Source: Scenedesmus sp. PABB004 | Taxonomy: Eukaryota | DNA: 64,000 bases | Assembly: GCA_014905635.1 (NCBI GenBank) | Contig: JABVCE010000017.1 | Location: 620,001-684,000 of the forward strand | Direction: 5' to 3' | Shown here: one piece after another, positions 22,577 through 34,100 of the stretch | How the letters are laid out: each line of letters opens with the position of its first letter | Position numbering within the stretch: the stretch's first letter is position 1 | Made by a program: the position numbers and the translations under genes | The notes under the pieces: model-generated | The model's input: only the letters and a program-made list of their open reading frames with translations | Databases searched by the model: none | Told to the model about the DNA's origin: nothing

Positions 22577-24895
22577 GGAGCAGCGCTGAGCTGATGGCAT
22601 CGTGCATGGCAGCATTTGCGCTGCTGACGGCGGCAGTCGCCGTGCACACTGCGTGGCCGGCCGCCGGCCAGCTGGAGGGCCCGCTGCTGCCGCTGGCGCA
22701 GCCGGTCGCGCGGCTGGCGCTTGCTGTGCTGCGCCGCGCCGGCGCCTGGCGCGCGGACGGCGACTCCACTGCGGGCATTGTGGAGCGGGCTCTTCTCCAG
22801 GCGCGCACAGCAGCCTGGTGGACAGCCCAGAGCTTTGCGCTGGCCGAGAAGCATGGCCATGCGACCGAGGAGGCGCAGCAGGCGCTGCTGTCAGACCCCG
22901 CGGTGCAGCAGCTGCTGCTGGCCAACCTCGCGCTGCGCGCGGCGCACCGGCACGAGGCGCAGCGTGGCCGGCCGGCCGCCGCTGACGGCCGCGTCGGCGC
23001 CGGCGGCGGCGGCGCACCCGTCGTGCCGACGCGGCACGCCGCGCTGCTGCAGGCGCTGGGACTGGACGCCTGCGCGGTGCCCCCGGGCGAGCACAGCGAG
23101 GATCTGGTGATGTCCAGCATCTCTGCAGTTGCCCGCCTGTTAAAAATCTCGCCGCCGACCAGCTGCGGCGGTGCCTCCAGCGCCAGCACCTGCGCCGGCG
23201 CCAGCCTGCTGCTGCCACGCGGCGCAGGGCTCGTGGCCGCGGCGGCGGAGGTGGCGCTGGAGCTGGTGGCGCTGCAGTCAACGCCAGGCGCGCTGGCGGC
23301 TGGCGCTGTGTGCGCCGGCGCCGCCATGCGCTGCCTCGTGCGAGCTTCTGTGAGTGGGCCGCAGGACGACCAGGCGGCGGCGACGGCGGCGGCGGTGGTG
23401 CGCGCATTCCTGCCGCTCGCCCGGCCCGTCGCCGCCGCGCTGCTGGAGGCAGAGGCGGGCAGCTCGCCCCGGGCGGCAGCTGCAGCTGCGAGCACAGAGG
23501 GCATGGACGATCAGGAGGCTGCCCGGCAGCGGCACAATGCTGAGAACGGTCTGATTGGCTGTACCCAGGCCTTGCTGAGAATAGAAAGCAGCACACCAGA
23601 AGGTGCGTGGCGTGCTGTGCTGGCGGCGGCTCACCTGGTGGCCCAGGCGGCGCGCTGAACGCCTGCCTGCCCTCGCTCACCCCGCCGCCGCCACCGGCAC
23701 TTCTGCCGCCGCGCAGCGGAGGCGGCGCTGGCGGCGTTTGCGCGGCAGGACCCGTCCACCCTGTGCCGGCTGCTGGAGGCGTCAGCCAGGATCTGGGCGA
23801 GCAGGGAGCTGCCGCACGTTGCCCTGAGCGCAGCGCTGGCACTGAGCGGGACCATCAGCCGGCTCGGGCCCAGCCTGGCAGCCGCGCCGGCGCTGACGAC
23901 GACGGGCGGCGGCGCGGGCCTGCGGCTGCAGCGCGAGGTGTCTTCCTGCCTGCTCACGGCGCTTAAGTGCGCGGCGGTCGGCGCCCCGCTCGCAGCAGCT
24001 GAGGCCAACCCGCTTCAGGAGCTGTGGGAGCTGGCCAGCGGGTGCATGGACGTGGTGCGTGCCGGCTGCGCCATCGGCGACGCCGTGGCGCGTGCGCAGC
24101 CGGCAGCCGTAGTGGAAGGCGGCGGCCAGCTCGCGTACGAGCCGCCCGCGCTGTGGGCGGTGCTGGCGGCACGCGGCGTGGCGGTGCTGGCGCGGGTGTT
24201 GGGCGAGGCGCTGGCGGCGCAATCGGTGGCCGCTGCGGCCGTGCTCGCCGGCGCTGGTGCGCTTGGCGAGCCGACGCCGCTGGTGACTGCTGCCGCCGTG
24301 GTCAAGGACCTGAGCGACGCGGCGGCGCTGCTGGGCACTCGCCTGCGCGCGCTTGGGCCGCTGCCGGCGGACGCCTCGCGCGCGGGGCTGGGGCACCTGC
24401 TGGCGCAGCAGGAGCAGCTGTGCACGGCGGTGGCGGAGCTGGCCGCGCAGCTGGACGGTGGCCTGGCCGACAACGCAGCCGCGCTCGCCACGGTGCAGGA
24501 GCGTGGCCCGCCGCTGGCTGCGCAGGCGGAGGGGCTGTGCGCCGCGGTGTGCGCCGCGCTGCCGCTGCGCGCGTGCTGCAACAACCCGCGCTGCGCGGCG
24601 CTGGCAGGCGCGCACGGCGAGCTGGCGGCGGTGCGCGGCCGGGCGACTGTGTGCGGGGGCTGCGGCAAGTCGGCGACGCCCGCGCGCTTTTGCAGCCGCG
24701 CCTGCCAGGCGGCCGCGTGGCGCGCGCACAAGCCGGTGTGCCGCGCGCTGGCCGCGGCGGCGGCGCGCGCGCCAGGCGTCGAGCGAGGCGGAGTGAGCGG
24801 GTCGTTTGGCGGCCGGGTCCCCGGGTGCAGCTGCGTGCGTTGACTGCTCTCTGGTTGTGGCGGCGGCGGCTGCAATCGTGTGAGTTGAGCGGGCC
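21727..24895 (+). repeat. Right arm of the ~3.2 kb inverted duplication (partner 8843-12007)
   Basis: See left arm; homology ends at gtgagttgagcgggcc (24895), about 20 nt after a TGCAA at 24871. Confidence 0.93.
21993..24843 (+). pseudogene. Helical-MYND protein copy B; 14-nt frameshifting insertion in exon 1 (possible pseudogene or N-truncated gene)
   Basis: Paralogue of 8953-11738 with introns 22392-22483 and 23603-23716. Extra acgcgctggagctc at 22203-22216 (copy of 22224-22237) shifts the frame. Exons 2-3 are intact with the MYND domain; the copy-A stop is CGA here, extending the C-terminus to 24843. Confidence 0.65.
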
Positions 24896-25403
24896 GCGGC
24901 TGGCCGCCGCGCGCCAACCTGCGTGCCACGCCGCCCGGGGCCCCTGCGCGCAGCGCGAGCTGTGCCGTCGCCGCCGCAGCGCGCCCGGCAACAACAGCCT
25001 CAGCTCACGACCGAGTCGCGGCGACAGGGCGCCCCCACCTCCCCGCCGCGGCGGCCGCTCGCGGCGGCCGAGCGCTGGTGGCGCGCGCGGCTCGGCTTGC
25101 ACCCGGCGCGGCGGCGGCCGAGCGCACGGCCGCGGCGCCGACGCCTGCCCGCGGCGCGTTGGTCGGCGCGGGGCGCTGGGCGCGCCCCCGGCGGTCGCGC
25201 CGGGCCCGGGAGGTCTCGCGGGGCGCCGGGGCCCCGCTGCGGCAGGACCGCGGGCCGCGCGCCGCACTGCCCCTCGCCGCCCCACAATTCGCCGCTCGAG
25301 GTCCCAGGGTCGTCCAATTTGCGTCGCGGCGCCTCGTCCTCGCCGGCGGCCACCACTCCGCGCCCGCGGCGGCCGCAGCAGCAGCAGCAGCAGCGCCCGC
25401 GCC

Positions 25404-26644
25404 ATGCTGGCGTCGCAGAGCCGCCTGGCGGGCGGCCGGGCGGCGAGCCGGCGGCCGGCCTTCGCGGCGCCGCGCGGCCGCGTGCCGCCCACCATCGTAG
25501 CCAAGGCCAAGCTCGCGCCGCTCGTGGACGCCATCAAGGCCGACCAGCTGCGCAGCGACCTGCCCGAGGTGCGGGCCCGGCGCCAATGGCGGGGGCGCGG
25601 CGGCCGCCCGGCGCGGCAGGGCGGCCGGGGCGCACGAATCGCGGAGCTGTGGCTGCGGTGCTCGCCCCCGCTCGGCGGCGGCGCCGCGCCGGTGCCCCCG
25701 GGCGCGGGGGACGGGCGGAGCGGAGGCGGAGCGTGAGGGAGCCGCCGGAGCGGCGGCGGCGAGCCCCGGCGCGGCGCGGCGCCTGCGAGCGCCGCTGCTC
25801 GGCGGCCGCCGCTGCCGCCGGCACCGCCGGTCCTGGCCCCGGCGGCGGCTTCAGCAGCAGCACACCCCGGCCACCCACACAGCCGGCTCGTGCGGCCGGC
25901 GACGGCAGCGCCCGGCCGGAGCCGCGCCCACGCGCCGCGCCCACGCGCCGCGCTGCCCGCCGCGCAGGTCCACATTGGCGACACCGTGCGCCTCGGCCTG
26001 CTGGTCAGCGAGGGCAAGGGCAAGACGCGCACGCAGGTGACAGCGCTCGCTCCCCCTCTCGCTCCCTCCCCCGCTCGCTCCCTCGCCCTCGCCCCCCTCG
26101 CATATGCGCACGCGCTCACGCGCCCGCCCGCCCGCCCGCCCTTGAACCCCGCCGCCCGCCCGCCGCCCTTGAACCCCGCAGCGCCTCGAGGGCGTGGTCA
26201 TCGCGCAGCGCGGCAGCGGCAGCAACACCACCGTCACCGTGCGCCGCGTGTTCCAGGGCGTGGGCGTGGAGATGAACGTCCACCTCCACTCCCCCGTGCT
26301 CGGCGGCCTCGAAGTGCTGCGCCGCGCCAAGGTGCGCGCGTGCGCCCCGAGCTCGCAGCGCGGCCGGGCGGCGGCCGCGGCGGCGGCGGCGGCGGGCGCT
26401 GCCGGCTGCGGCCGCCGCCCAGCGGCACGGGCGCCACTGCGGCCGCGGCGCCCGCGCGAGCCGCGCGGCGCCCCTGAGCCCTTGGACCGCCGCCGCCGGC
26501 GCTGCGCAGGTGCGGCGGTCGAAGCTCTTCTACCTCCGCCAGCGCACCGGCAAGAACGCGCGGCTCAAGGAGCTGTTCGTGCGCAAGGCCAAGGCGCCCG
26601 AGGCCGCCGCCGCCGCCGCCGCCGCGCCCGCGCCCGCGGAGTGA
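25404..26644 (+). CDS. PRPL19: Plastid ribosomal protein L19 with transit peptide, 4 exons
   Basis: Ala/Arg/Ser-rich transit peptide MLASQSRLAGG..., then LPE|VHIGDTVRLGLLVSEGKGKTRTQ|RLEGVVIAQRGSGSNTTVTVRRVFQGVGVE...LHSP...RRAK|VRRSKLFYLR..GKNARLKE; TGA 26642-26644. Confidence 0.95.
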
Positions 26645-27059
26645 GCGGAGTGAGCTCGGGGCGGCGCGGCGCGGCGGGCGGGGGGCGTGCGGAGGGAGGG
26701 GCGCGGCTGAGGGCGGGGCTGGGCGTCGGGGCCGGGCTGGGCGCGGGTCGGGCGCGGGCGGCCGCCTGCTGCAGGATGTGACACAGGCGCACGCGCTCCG
26801 TCTGTCTGTTGCAGCTCGCTCGCGCGCTCCTTCCCGGCACAAAGCGGCCCCGCGAGCTCAGTGCGTGCCAACTGACCGACCGGCGCGGCGGCGCCGCGCC
26901 CAAGCTTACGCTGCCCCTCGTGCACGTGCGCCCTCAGCCTGCAGAGCGCGCCGGCCCCCGCGCGGCGCGGGCAGCACGGGCTGCCCTCGCAAGCGCGCGC
27001 GCCCGCGCCCCAGCGCCGCCGCCGCCGCCGCCGCCCTCGCCCCCCCCCCCCGCCGCCGG

Positions 27060-28312
27060 TCACTGCGCGGCGGGCCGCTGCGCGGTGACGTGGCCCCAGC
27101 GCTGCTCGCCGGCGCGCGCGCGCGCGAGCTTGGCGCGCCAGCGGCCGGCCACGTCGTCATACTCGGCCGCACTGAACGTGGCCTCAAACGCCGCCCGCCC
27201 GCCCTCGAGCCGAGCCAGCTCCGACTCCAGGCACTCGATCAGCTGCGCGCGCGGCGGCGGGGCGCGCGGCGCGGCGCGGCACGGCGGGGTGAGGCACGGC
27301 GCGCGCGGTGGGCGCGTTGGGCGGGGCGGCGGCGCGCGTCATGCGGGGCGGGTGTGGCGGCGCGGCGGCCGCGCCGCGCCGGCCGTCAACATCGGGCGTG
27401 GGGCGCCGCCGCACCTCGGGCGTCGCGTCGGTCGCCTGGACGTCGACAAAGCCCGCCGCGGCGAGGTGGGCCCTGTACTGACCCAGGGACAGCAGGCTGT
27501 ACCGCTTTTTCTGAAGGTAGGCCGCATACTCCGCGCTCAGCTGCTGCTGCGCCGGCGCCGCCTGCCCGCCCTGCTGCCCCGCCGCGCCCGCGCCCGCGCC
27601 CGCCGCCGAGGGCGCGCCGGCGCCGTCCGCCTGCTGCTGCGGCGGCGGCTCCGCCGGCGCCGCGGCGGCGCCGGCGCCCTGCTGCTGCAGCGGCGGCGGC
27701 GGCGCGACGCCGTCCGGCAGCACATAGTCGGTGATGAGCAGCCGGCCGCCGGGGCGCAGCCAGCGGAAGAGCCTGCGGCGGGGCGCGCGCCGGGGCAGCG
27801 CGGGCGCGCGTCGGGGCAGCCGCGCTGCGGCCGGGGCCTCGCCCGCCGCGCCCGCCCGCGCGCCGCCGCCGCGCCCGCGAGCCGCCGCCGCCGCCGCCGC
27901 CGCGCGCGCCGCGCCAGGGGGCCGGCGCCGCGCGCACGCACCGCGCGAACAGCTGCGCCTTGTCTTGGACGTGCAGCAGCACGTCGCGGCTCACGACGAC
28001 GTCGAACGAGGCCTCCGGGAAGTCGCGCGTGAGCACGTCGGCGATCTCAAACGTCACGTCGTGCGGCGCCTGGCCCTGCGCGGCCGCCGCCGCGCCGGCG
28101 TCCGGCGCGCCGTTCGCGCCGTGTGCGCCGTTTGCGCCGCCGCCGCCGCCGCTGCTGCTGCGCGCGGCCGCGGCCGCGGTCGCCGCGGTCGCGGCGCGCT
28201 CGATGGCGGCCAGGACCATGTTGACGCTGAGGTCGATGCCGTGAACGTGGCAGCCGTGCGCGTCGGACGCGAGGAACGCGGTGCCTGGCGGGGTGAGGCG
28301 CGGCGCGCGCGC

Positions 28313-28357
<45 letters not shown>

Positions 28358-30517
28358 AGGGGGGGGGGGGGGGCGCGGGGAGCGGCGGCGGCGGGCGCGG
28401 GGCGCGGCGGCGCGCGGCCGCGCACCGCCGATGCCGCAGCCGACGTCGAGCACGCGCTCGCCGCGCGAGAGGCCGAGCCGCGAGAGCAGCGCGCCGCCCG
28501 TGGCCGCGCCGCCGGGCGAGACGAAGCCGGGGCCGTAGACCGCCTCGTAGATCGCGATGCCGCGGTCGGTGTACTGCCGCGAGTCGAGGAAGGTGCGCGT
28601 GAGCGGCGGCCGCGGCGACGCCGTCTCGACCTGCGGGTTTAGGCGGCGGCGGCGGCGCGGGCGGCGTGGGCGGCGCGGGCGCGGGCGCGCGCGGCGGGCG
28701 CCCGGCGCGCGCTGCTCTGCCGCCGACGACAAGCAAAAGCGCGGGGGCGCGCCTTTTGGAACTTCCAGCAGATCTGGTTCTGGTTGCGCTTCACCGCGAC
28801 GTACGTGTCGACGCACTTGCAGGACACGAGCTCCAGGTGCGCCGCGCCGCCGTCCCCGCCGGCGCCGCCGTCCCCGCCGGCACTGCCCGGCGGCGGCCGC
28901 GCCTCGGCGCCGTCAAACATGGCAAAGTAGTCGCGCGGGTTGCTGCGCGGCGCAGCGCGGGCCGGCGGGGGGCGGGGTTGTTATGTGATGTTAAAAAATA
29001 ACGCGGCACGTCGGGCGGGGCTCGTGGCGGCGCCGCCACCGCGCCGCCCGGCGAGCGGCGTGCACCTCTCCCCGCCGCCGGCGGCGCCGCCGCCGCCGCG
29101 CGCGCGCCGCACCGGTAGTGCGTGGGGTTGCCGGTGCGCGGGCGGTCGCCGCTCGGGCGGAAGCAGCTCTCGCGGAAGAACAGCACGCCGCCGGGCGCGA
29201 GCTGCGCGCGGCGCACAGCGGTCGGCGCCGCGGCGGCACGCACGCGGCGCGCACCCACGCACGCACGCACGCACGCACGCACGCAGCGCAGCCCTCCACC
29301 CCGCGCGGCCAGCACCGCCGCGGCACGCACCCGCCCACCCGCCGCCCGCCCGCCCCGCCCGGCCCGCGCACCCATGATATGATCTTGGCCGCGAGCGCGC
29401 AGACCTCGGCGTCGCTGAGGTACATGAGCAGCCAGTTGCTGAACACGACGTCGTAGCTGCCAGGTGGCTGCGGGGGCCGCGGCGGGTCGCAGACGGCGGT
29501 GCGCGGGCGGGCGGGTGGGTGGGTGGGTGGGTGGGTGTGCATGGGTGTGCATGGGTGCGCGGGGCGGCCGCCGCCTGCCGCGTCCGCCGGCTGCCGGGCG
29601 CAGCGACGGCGGCCCGCGCGCACACAATGCGCACACACCACACACACGACAGCCATATGCGCGCCTGCCCGCACCCGCTCGAGCTCCGTCACGTCTGCGA
29701 CGAGAAAGTCAACGTTGCCGAGGGCCTCGTGCAGGCGGCGGTTCTCGGCGATGCTCGTGGCCATGAAATCGCACGCCGTCACGCGCGCGGCTGTTGAATA
29801 GTGGGGGGGGGGGGTCGCGCGATTGTTTTTTGCGCGCGCGTGCGTGCGTGCGGCGGGTGGGACTCGAGCGGGAGCGGCGGCAGGGGCCGGGCGGCGGCAG
29901 GGGCCGGCCTGGGGCGGCGCGCGGGGGCGGGGCCGCACCCGTCTTGGCGAGCTCGCCGGTGAAGCGTCCGATGCCGGCGCCGAGCTCGAGCACGCGCTTG
30001 CCCGCGACGCAGCCCAGCGTCGCCAGCACCTGCGCGGCGGCGAGGGAGTCAGCCCTCCGCAACGGCGGCGCCGCCGACAGGGCGCCGGCCGCCAGCGGGC
30101 CGCCGCGCGGCGGCGCCGGCTGCTGCTGCCGGCGGCCGGCGGCGCGGCAGCAGCAGCCGCTCCCTCCTGCTGCCGGCGCGGCGCGGTGCTGCTGCTGCTG
30201 CCAGCGCTGCGGCGGGGCGTGGCCGAAGCCCCCGGGCGCACGACCGGAACCCGCCCAGGCCCGGCCGCGCCGCGGGCGCGCGGGCAGACGCTGCCATCAC
30301 GGGCGCCCCGCTGCCGGCCGGCGGCTGCGCGGCCAGGCCCGCGCTCGCCGCGGTTCCTGCACCTCCGACAGCCGCCGAGGCCCCGGCGCACCTCGGGGCG
30401 CTCCAGCTGATCGATCTCGCTGGCCTTGGAGTCCAGCATCATCGCCTCCACCGTCGGCTGGCTCGAGTGCTCCAGCCAGTAGCTCTTCTGAGCCTCCCGC
30501 TCCTCCGCGCTCGCCAT
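27060..30517 (-). CDS. PEAMT: Phosphoethanolamine N-methyltransferase (two SAM-MT domains), multi-exon
   Basis: [137 protein letters not shown]; matches plant NMT/PEAMT architecture. Confidence 0.95.
28315..28354. repeat. (GT)n microsatellite in a PEAMT intron, reading (AC)n on the sense strand near the acceptor
   Basis: Directly visible. Confidence 0.9.
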
Positions 30518-31120
30518 GGTGGTGGGGCGCTGCAGCGACGCTGTAGAGAGGCGGCGCGCCGCGTCCGGCGCCGCTGCTGCCGCTGCCGCTGCCGCTGCTG
30601 CCGGTGCGGCGCTGTGCGTGTGCGCGGCGCGCGCGCGGCGGGGTGCTGCTGTGGTGTTCCGCAATGGCGCTGTCCTGCCGCCGGCCGGCCGGCGCCGCCG
30701 CTCGATTGTCGCGGCGGAACTGACGGCAACTGACGCGTCTCAACCGCTGCGCCCCACGCTGCGGCGCCCGCGGCATGCGCTGCGGCTCGCCCGCCCGGCC
30801 CAGATCCCCCTAGGCCACGCGCGCGTCACCGCCCCGCGCGCCGCCGCACACGCGCACGCGTACGGGGCAGCAGCGCCGGCGCCGCAGCAGCGCCGCCCGC
30901 ACGCCCGCGCTCCCCGGCGCGGCCCGCCCTCGAGCCCCTCGCGTGCCGTCGCCCAGCAGCCGAGCAGCAGGGGCTCCCCAGCTCCGGCGGCGGACAGGCA
31001 GCGGGGAGGCGCGCGCGCGCGGAGCAGCGGCGGCGGCGACGCTCCCGAGCCGCCTGCGGCCGCCCGCGCAGCCCAGCAGCGCCCAGCAGCCCAGGGCCGC
31101 CCCGGGGGGCGGGGGCCATC

Positions 31121-34100
31121 ATGATGCTGGGCGGTCTAAAGGCGCCGAAGCTGCCGTTCCGCGAGCTCGACGTGCTCGTGAAGGCCATCGGCGAGTGCCG
31201 CAGCAAGGCGGAGGAGGACCGCATCATCGCGGCCGAGGTCGACACGCTCAAGGCGCGCCTGGCGGACCCGCGGCTCGACAAGAGCCGGGGGCGGGAGTAC
31301 ATGGTGCGGGTCATCTACTGCGAGATGCTCGGCCACGACGCCAGCTTCGCGCTCATCCCCGCCCTGCAGCTGGCCTCCGACCCCAACCTGCTCACCAAGA
31401 AGGCGCGCAGCCGCGATCGCCGCCGCGTGCCGCCGCGGTGCACCGCGCCGCGCGCGCTGGCGCACGCCGCTGCAGCCGCCGCGGGGGCGGCGCCGCAGCG
31501 GGCGCGCGGGCGGCGGGCGGCCGCCACGACGGGCGGGCCTGCAGCGGCGCACGGGGCCGCGCCCGCCCGCTCAGCTGTGCCCCCAGGGGCCGCGGCCGCG
31601 CGGCCAACCGCCGCCAACCCCCGCGCCGCCGCGCTGCCGCGCCGCGCCGCCCCCGCAGGCGGCCTACCTGGCGCTGACGCAGCTGCTGGACTACAAGCAC
31701 GAGCTGGTGCGCGCCACGCGCGCGACACACGCACACGCCAGAGCGCGCGCACACGCCGCGCTCGGCGCGCACACCGCCGTGCCGACCGCACGCCGCCGTG
31801 CCGGCCGCCGGCCGCCCAATCACCTCACGCCCGCCCGCCCGCCGACGCGTCGCGCCCTCTCGAATGACAAACTAACAAGGTGCTGCTGCTGGTCAACACG
31901 CTGCTGGTGGACCTCAAGTCGGACAACTGGGTCGTCGTCGGCAGCGCGCTCGTCGCGGCGGCAAAGCTCATCGGCCCGGACCTCATCAACGCGGGTACGC
32001 TGCGTGCGCCGTGCGGGCAAGGGCGTGCTGTGCGCGCTGCGCGGGGAGGGCGGTCGCTCGCCTGGCCCGCACTGCCGCCCACGCGCCCATTTTGTGTGTG
32101 TTTTGGGTTTTTGGGGGGGGGGAGCAGGGTCCAGGGGTGGCCCCTGCTCGCCCTGCCTTGCCCCGCTTGCCCTGGAGCACGGCCGGGCCAAGCTGGTGAC
32201 ACCCCCGGACCCCCCCCCCCCCCCACACACTCATTCACTCACTCACTCACTCACTCACTCACTCACTCACTCACTCACTCACTCACTCACTCACACACCC
32301 ACACCCGCCCACGCCCCTCAACCCACCCGCCCACGCGCGCCCGCGCCCGCGCGACCGCGCAGTGCTGCCGCTCGTGGTGGAGCGCCTCGGCCACGGGCGC
32401 GAGGGCGTGCGCAAGAAGGCGGTCATGGCCCTGACTCACTTTGCCGCGATGGACCCGGCCCGCACCGGCCCGCTCGCGGGTGGGCGCGGGGGGGGGGGGG
32501 GGGGGGGGGGGACGCGCGCGGCGCGCGGCGCGGCGCGGCGCAGCTCGGCGCCCGCCCCCGCCCCTCTCCCCTCCCTCCGCTGCCCTCCGCGCATCGCCCC
32601 TCCCTCCCCGCCCCTCCCTGCCTCCCTGCCTCCCGCCCGCGCTCCCTCGGCCCGCCGCCCCCAACCCACACGCGCCACCTCGCCGCTGCCTCCTCCCCCC
32701 TCCCCCTCCCCACACACGCGCGCACACGCGCACCCCCCCCCCCCCCCCCCGCCCGCCGCCGCGCGCGGCCAGGCGTGGAGGTGGAGCGCCACTTCCGCGC
32801 CGCGCTGTGCGACAAGGAGCCCAGCGTCATGGCCGCCGCGCTCAACGGCCTCGCCGCGCTCGCGGCAACCAACCCGGCGCCCTTCAGGCGCGACGCGCCG
32901 CGCGCTGCAGCGCGCCACGCGGCGCGCGCCCGCGCGGCGCACCCCGCCCCCGCCTGCTCGCTCCTCCTTTTGCTGCGCCCGCCGGCCGCTGCGCTCGCGC
33001 GCCCCCTCCCCGCCCCTCCCCGCCTCCTCCCGCCGCGCCCCTCCCCTCCCTACAACCCTAAACCCTAAAACCACAACCCCTTCAAAACCCTAAACCCCCT
33101 CGGGACCCTAAACCCTGTGCCGCAGGGGCCTGGTGCCGAGCCTGGCGTCCATCCTGAAGCAGGTCGTCGAGCACCGCCTGCCCAAGGCCTACGACTACCA
33201 CCGCTTCCCCGCGCCCTTCATTCAGGCACGGGGCCTGGGGTTTGGGGTTTGCAGGGGGGGCTTGCAGGGGCTTCCCGGCGCCCTTCATTCAGGCACGGGC
33301 ACGGGGCCTGGGGTTTGGGGTTTGCAGGGGGGGTTTGCAGGGGCTTGCAGGGAGGGCTTGCAGGGGGGGCTTGCAGGGGGGGCTTGCAGGGGGGGTTTGC
33401 AGGGGTTTGCAGGGGCTTGCAGGGGCTTGCAGGGGGGCTTGCAGGGGGGGCTTGCAGGGGGGTGTGCAGGGGTCTGCAGGGGGGCTTGCAAGGGCTTGCA
33501 GGGGGGTGTGCAGGGGCTTGCAGGGGCTTGCAGGGGCTGGCAGGGGCTTGCAGGGGGGGTTTGCAGGGGGGGGTCTGCAGGGGGGCTTGCAGGGGCTGGC
33601 AGGGGGGTGTGCAGGGGTCTGCAGGGGCTTGCAGGGGCTTGCAGGGGGTTGTGCAGGGGCTTGCAGGGGTTTGCAGGGGTTCAGGGTTTGCAGGGGCTTG
33701 CAGGGGCTTGCGGGGGTCCCAACCCCCGGGTGCCGGGGCTCGCCACGGGGGCGTGGGTTTTCACACGGGCTCGCACGGCACCGCCGCCCGGCGCGCGCCG
33801 CCCTGACCGGCCCCCCGCGCTGCCTTGACCAACACCCCCCCCCCACCCACCCCACACCCACACACACCCACACACCAACACACGCCCCCCCCCCCGCCAG
33901 ATCAAGCTGCTCAAGCTGCTGCGCCTGCTCGGCGCGGGCGACAAGCCCGCGAGCGACGGCATGGCGGCCGTCGTCGGCGCGGCGCTGCGCCGCGCGGCCG
34001 CGGGCGGGTCGCACACAATCGGGCACGCGATCGTGTACGAGGCGGTCAGGTGCGCGTGGGTCCTAGATGGGTTTTAGGGTCAACCCTACTGCCAGAGGGT

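Noticed and set aside
18591..23504. 1637-aa minus-strand ORF and many other long Arg/Ala/Pro-rich ORFs in the track
   Set aside because: Antisense or off-frame shadows of real genes; stop codons are rare at this GC content and the translations have no domains.
8843..24895. Autonomous transposon or Maverick/Polinton with long TIRs
   Set aside because: No transposase, integrase or polymerase and no TSD; the interior genes are ordinary cellular genes and the arms are diverged.
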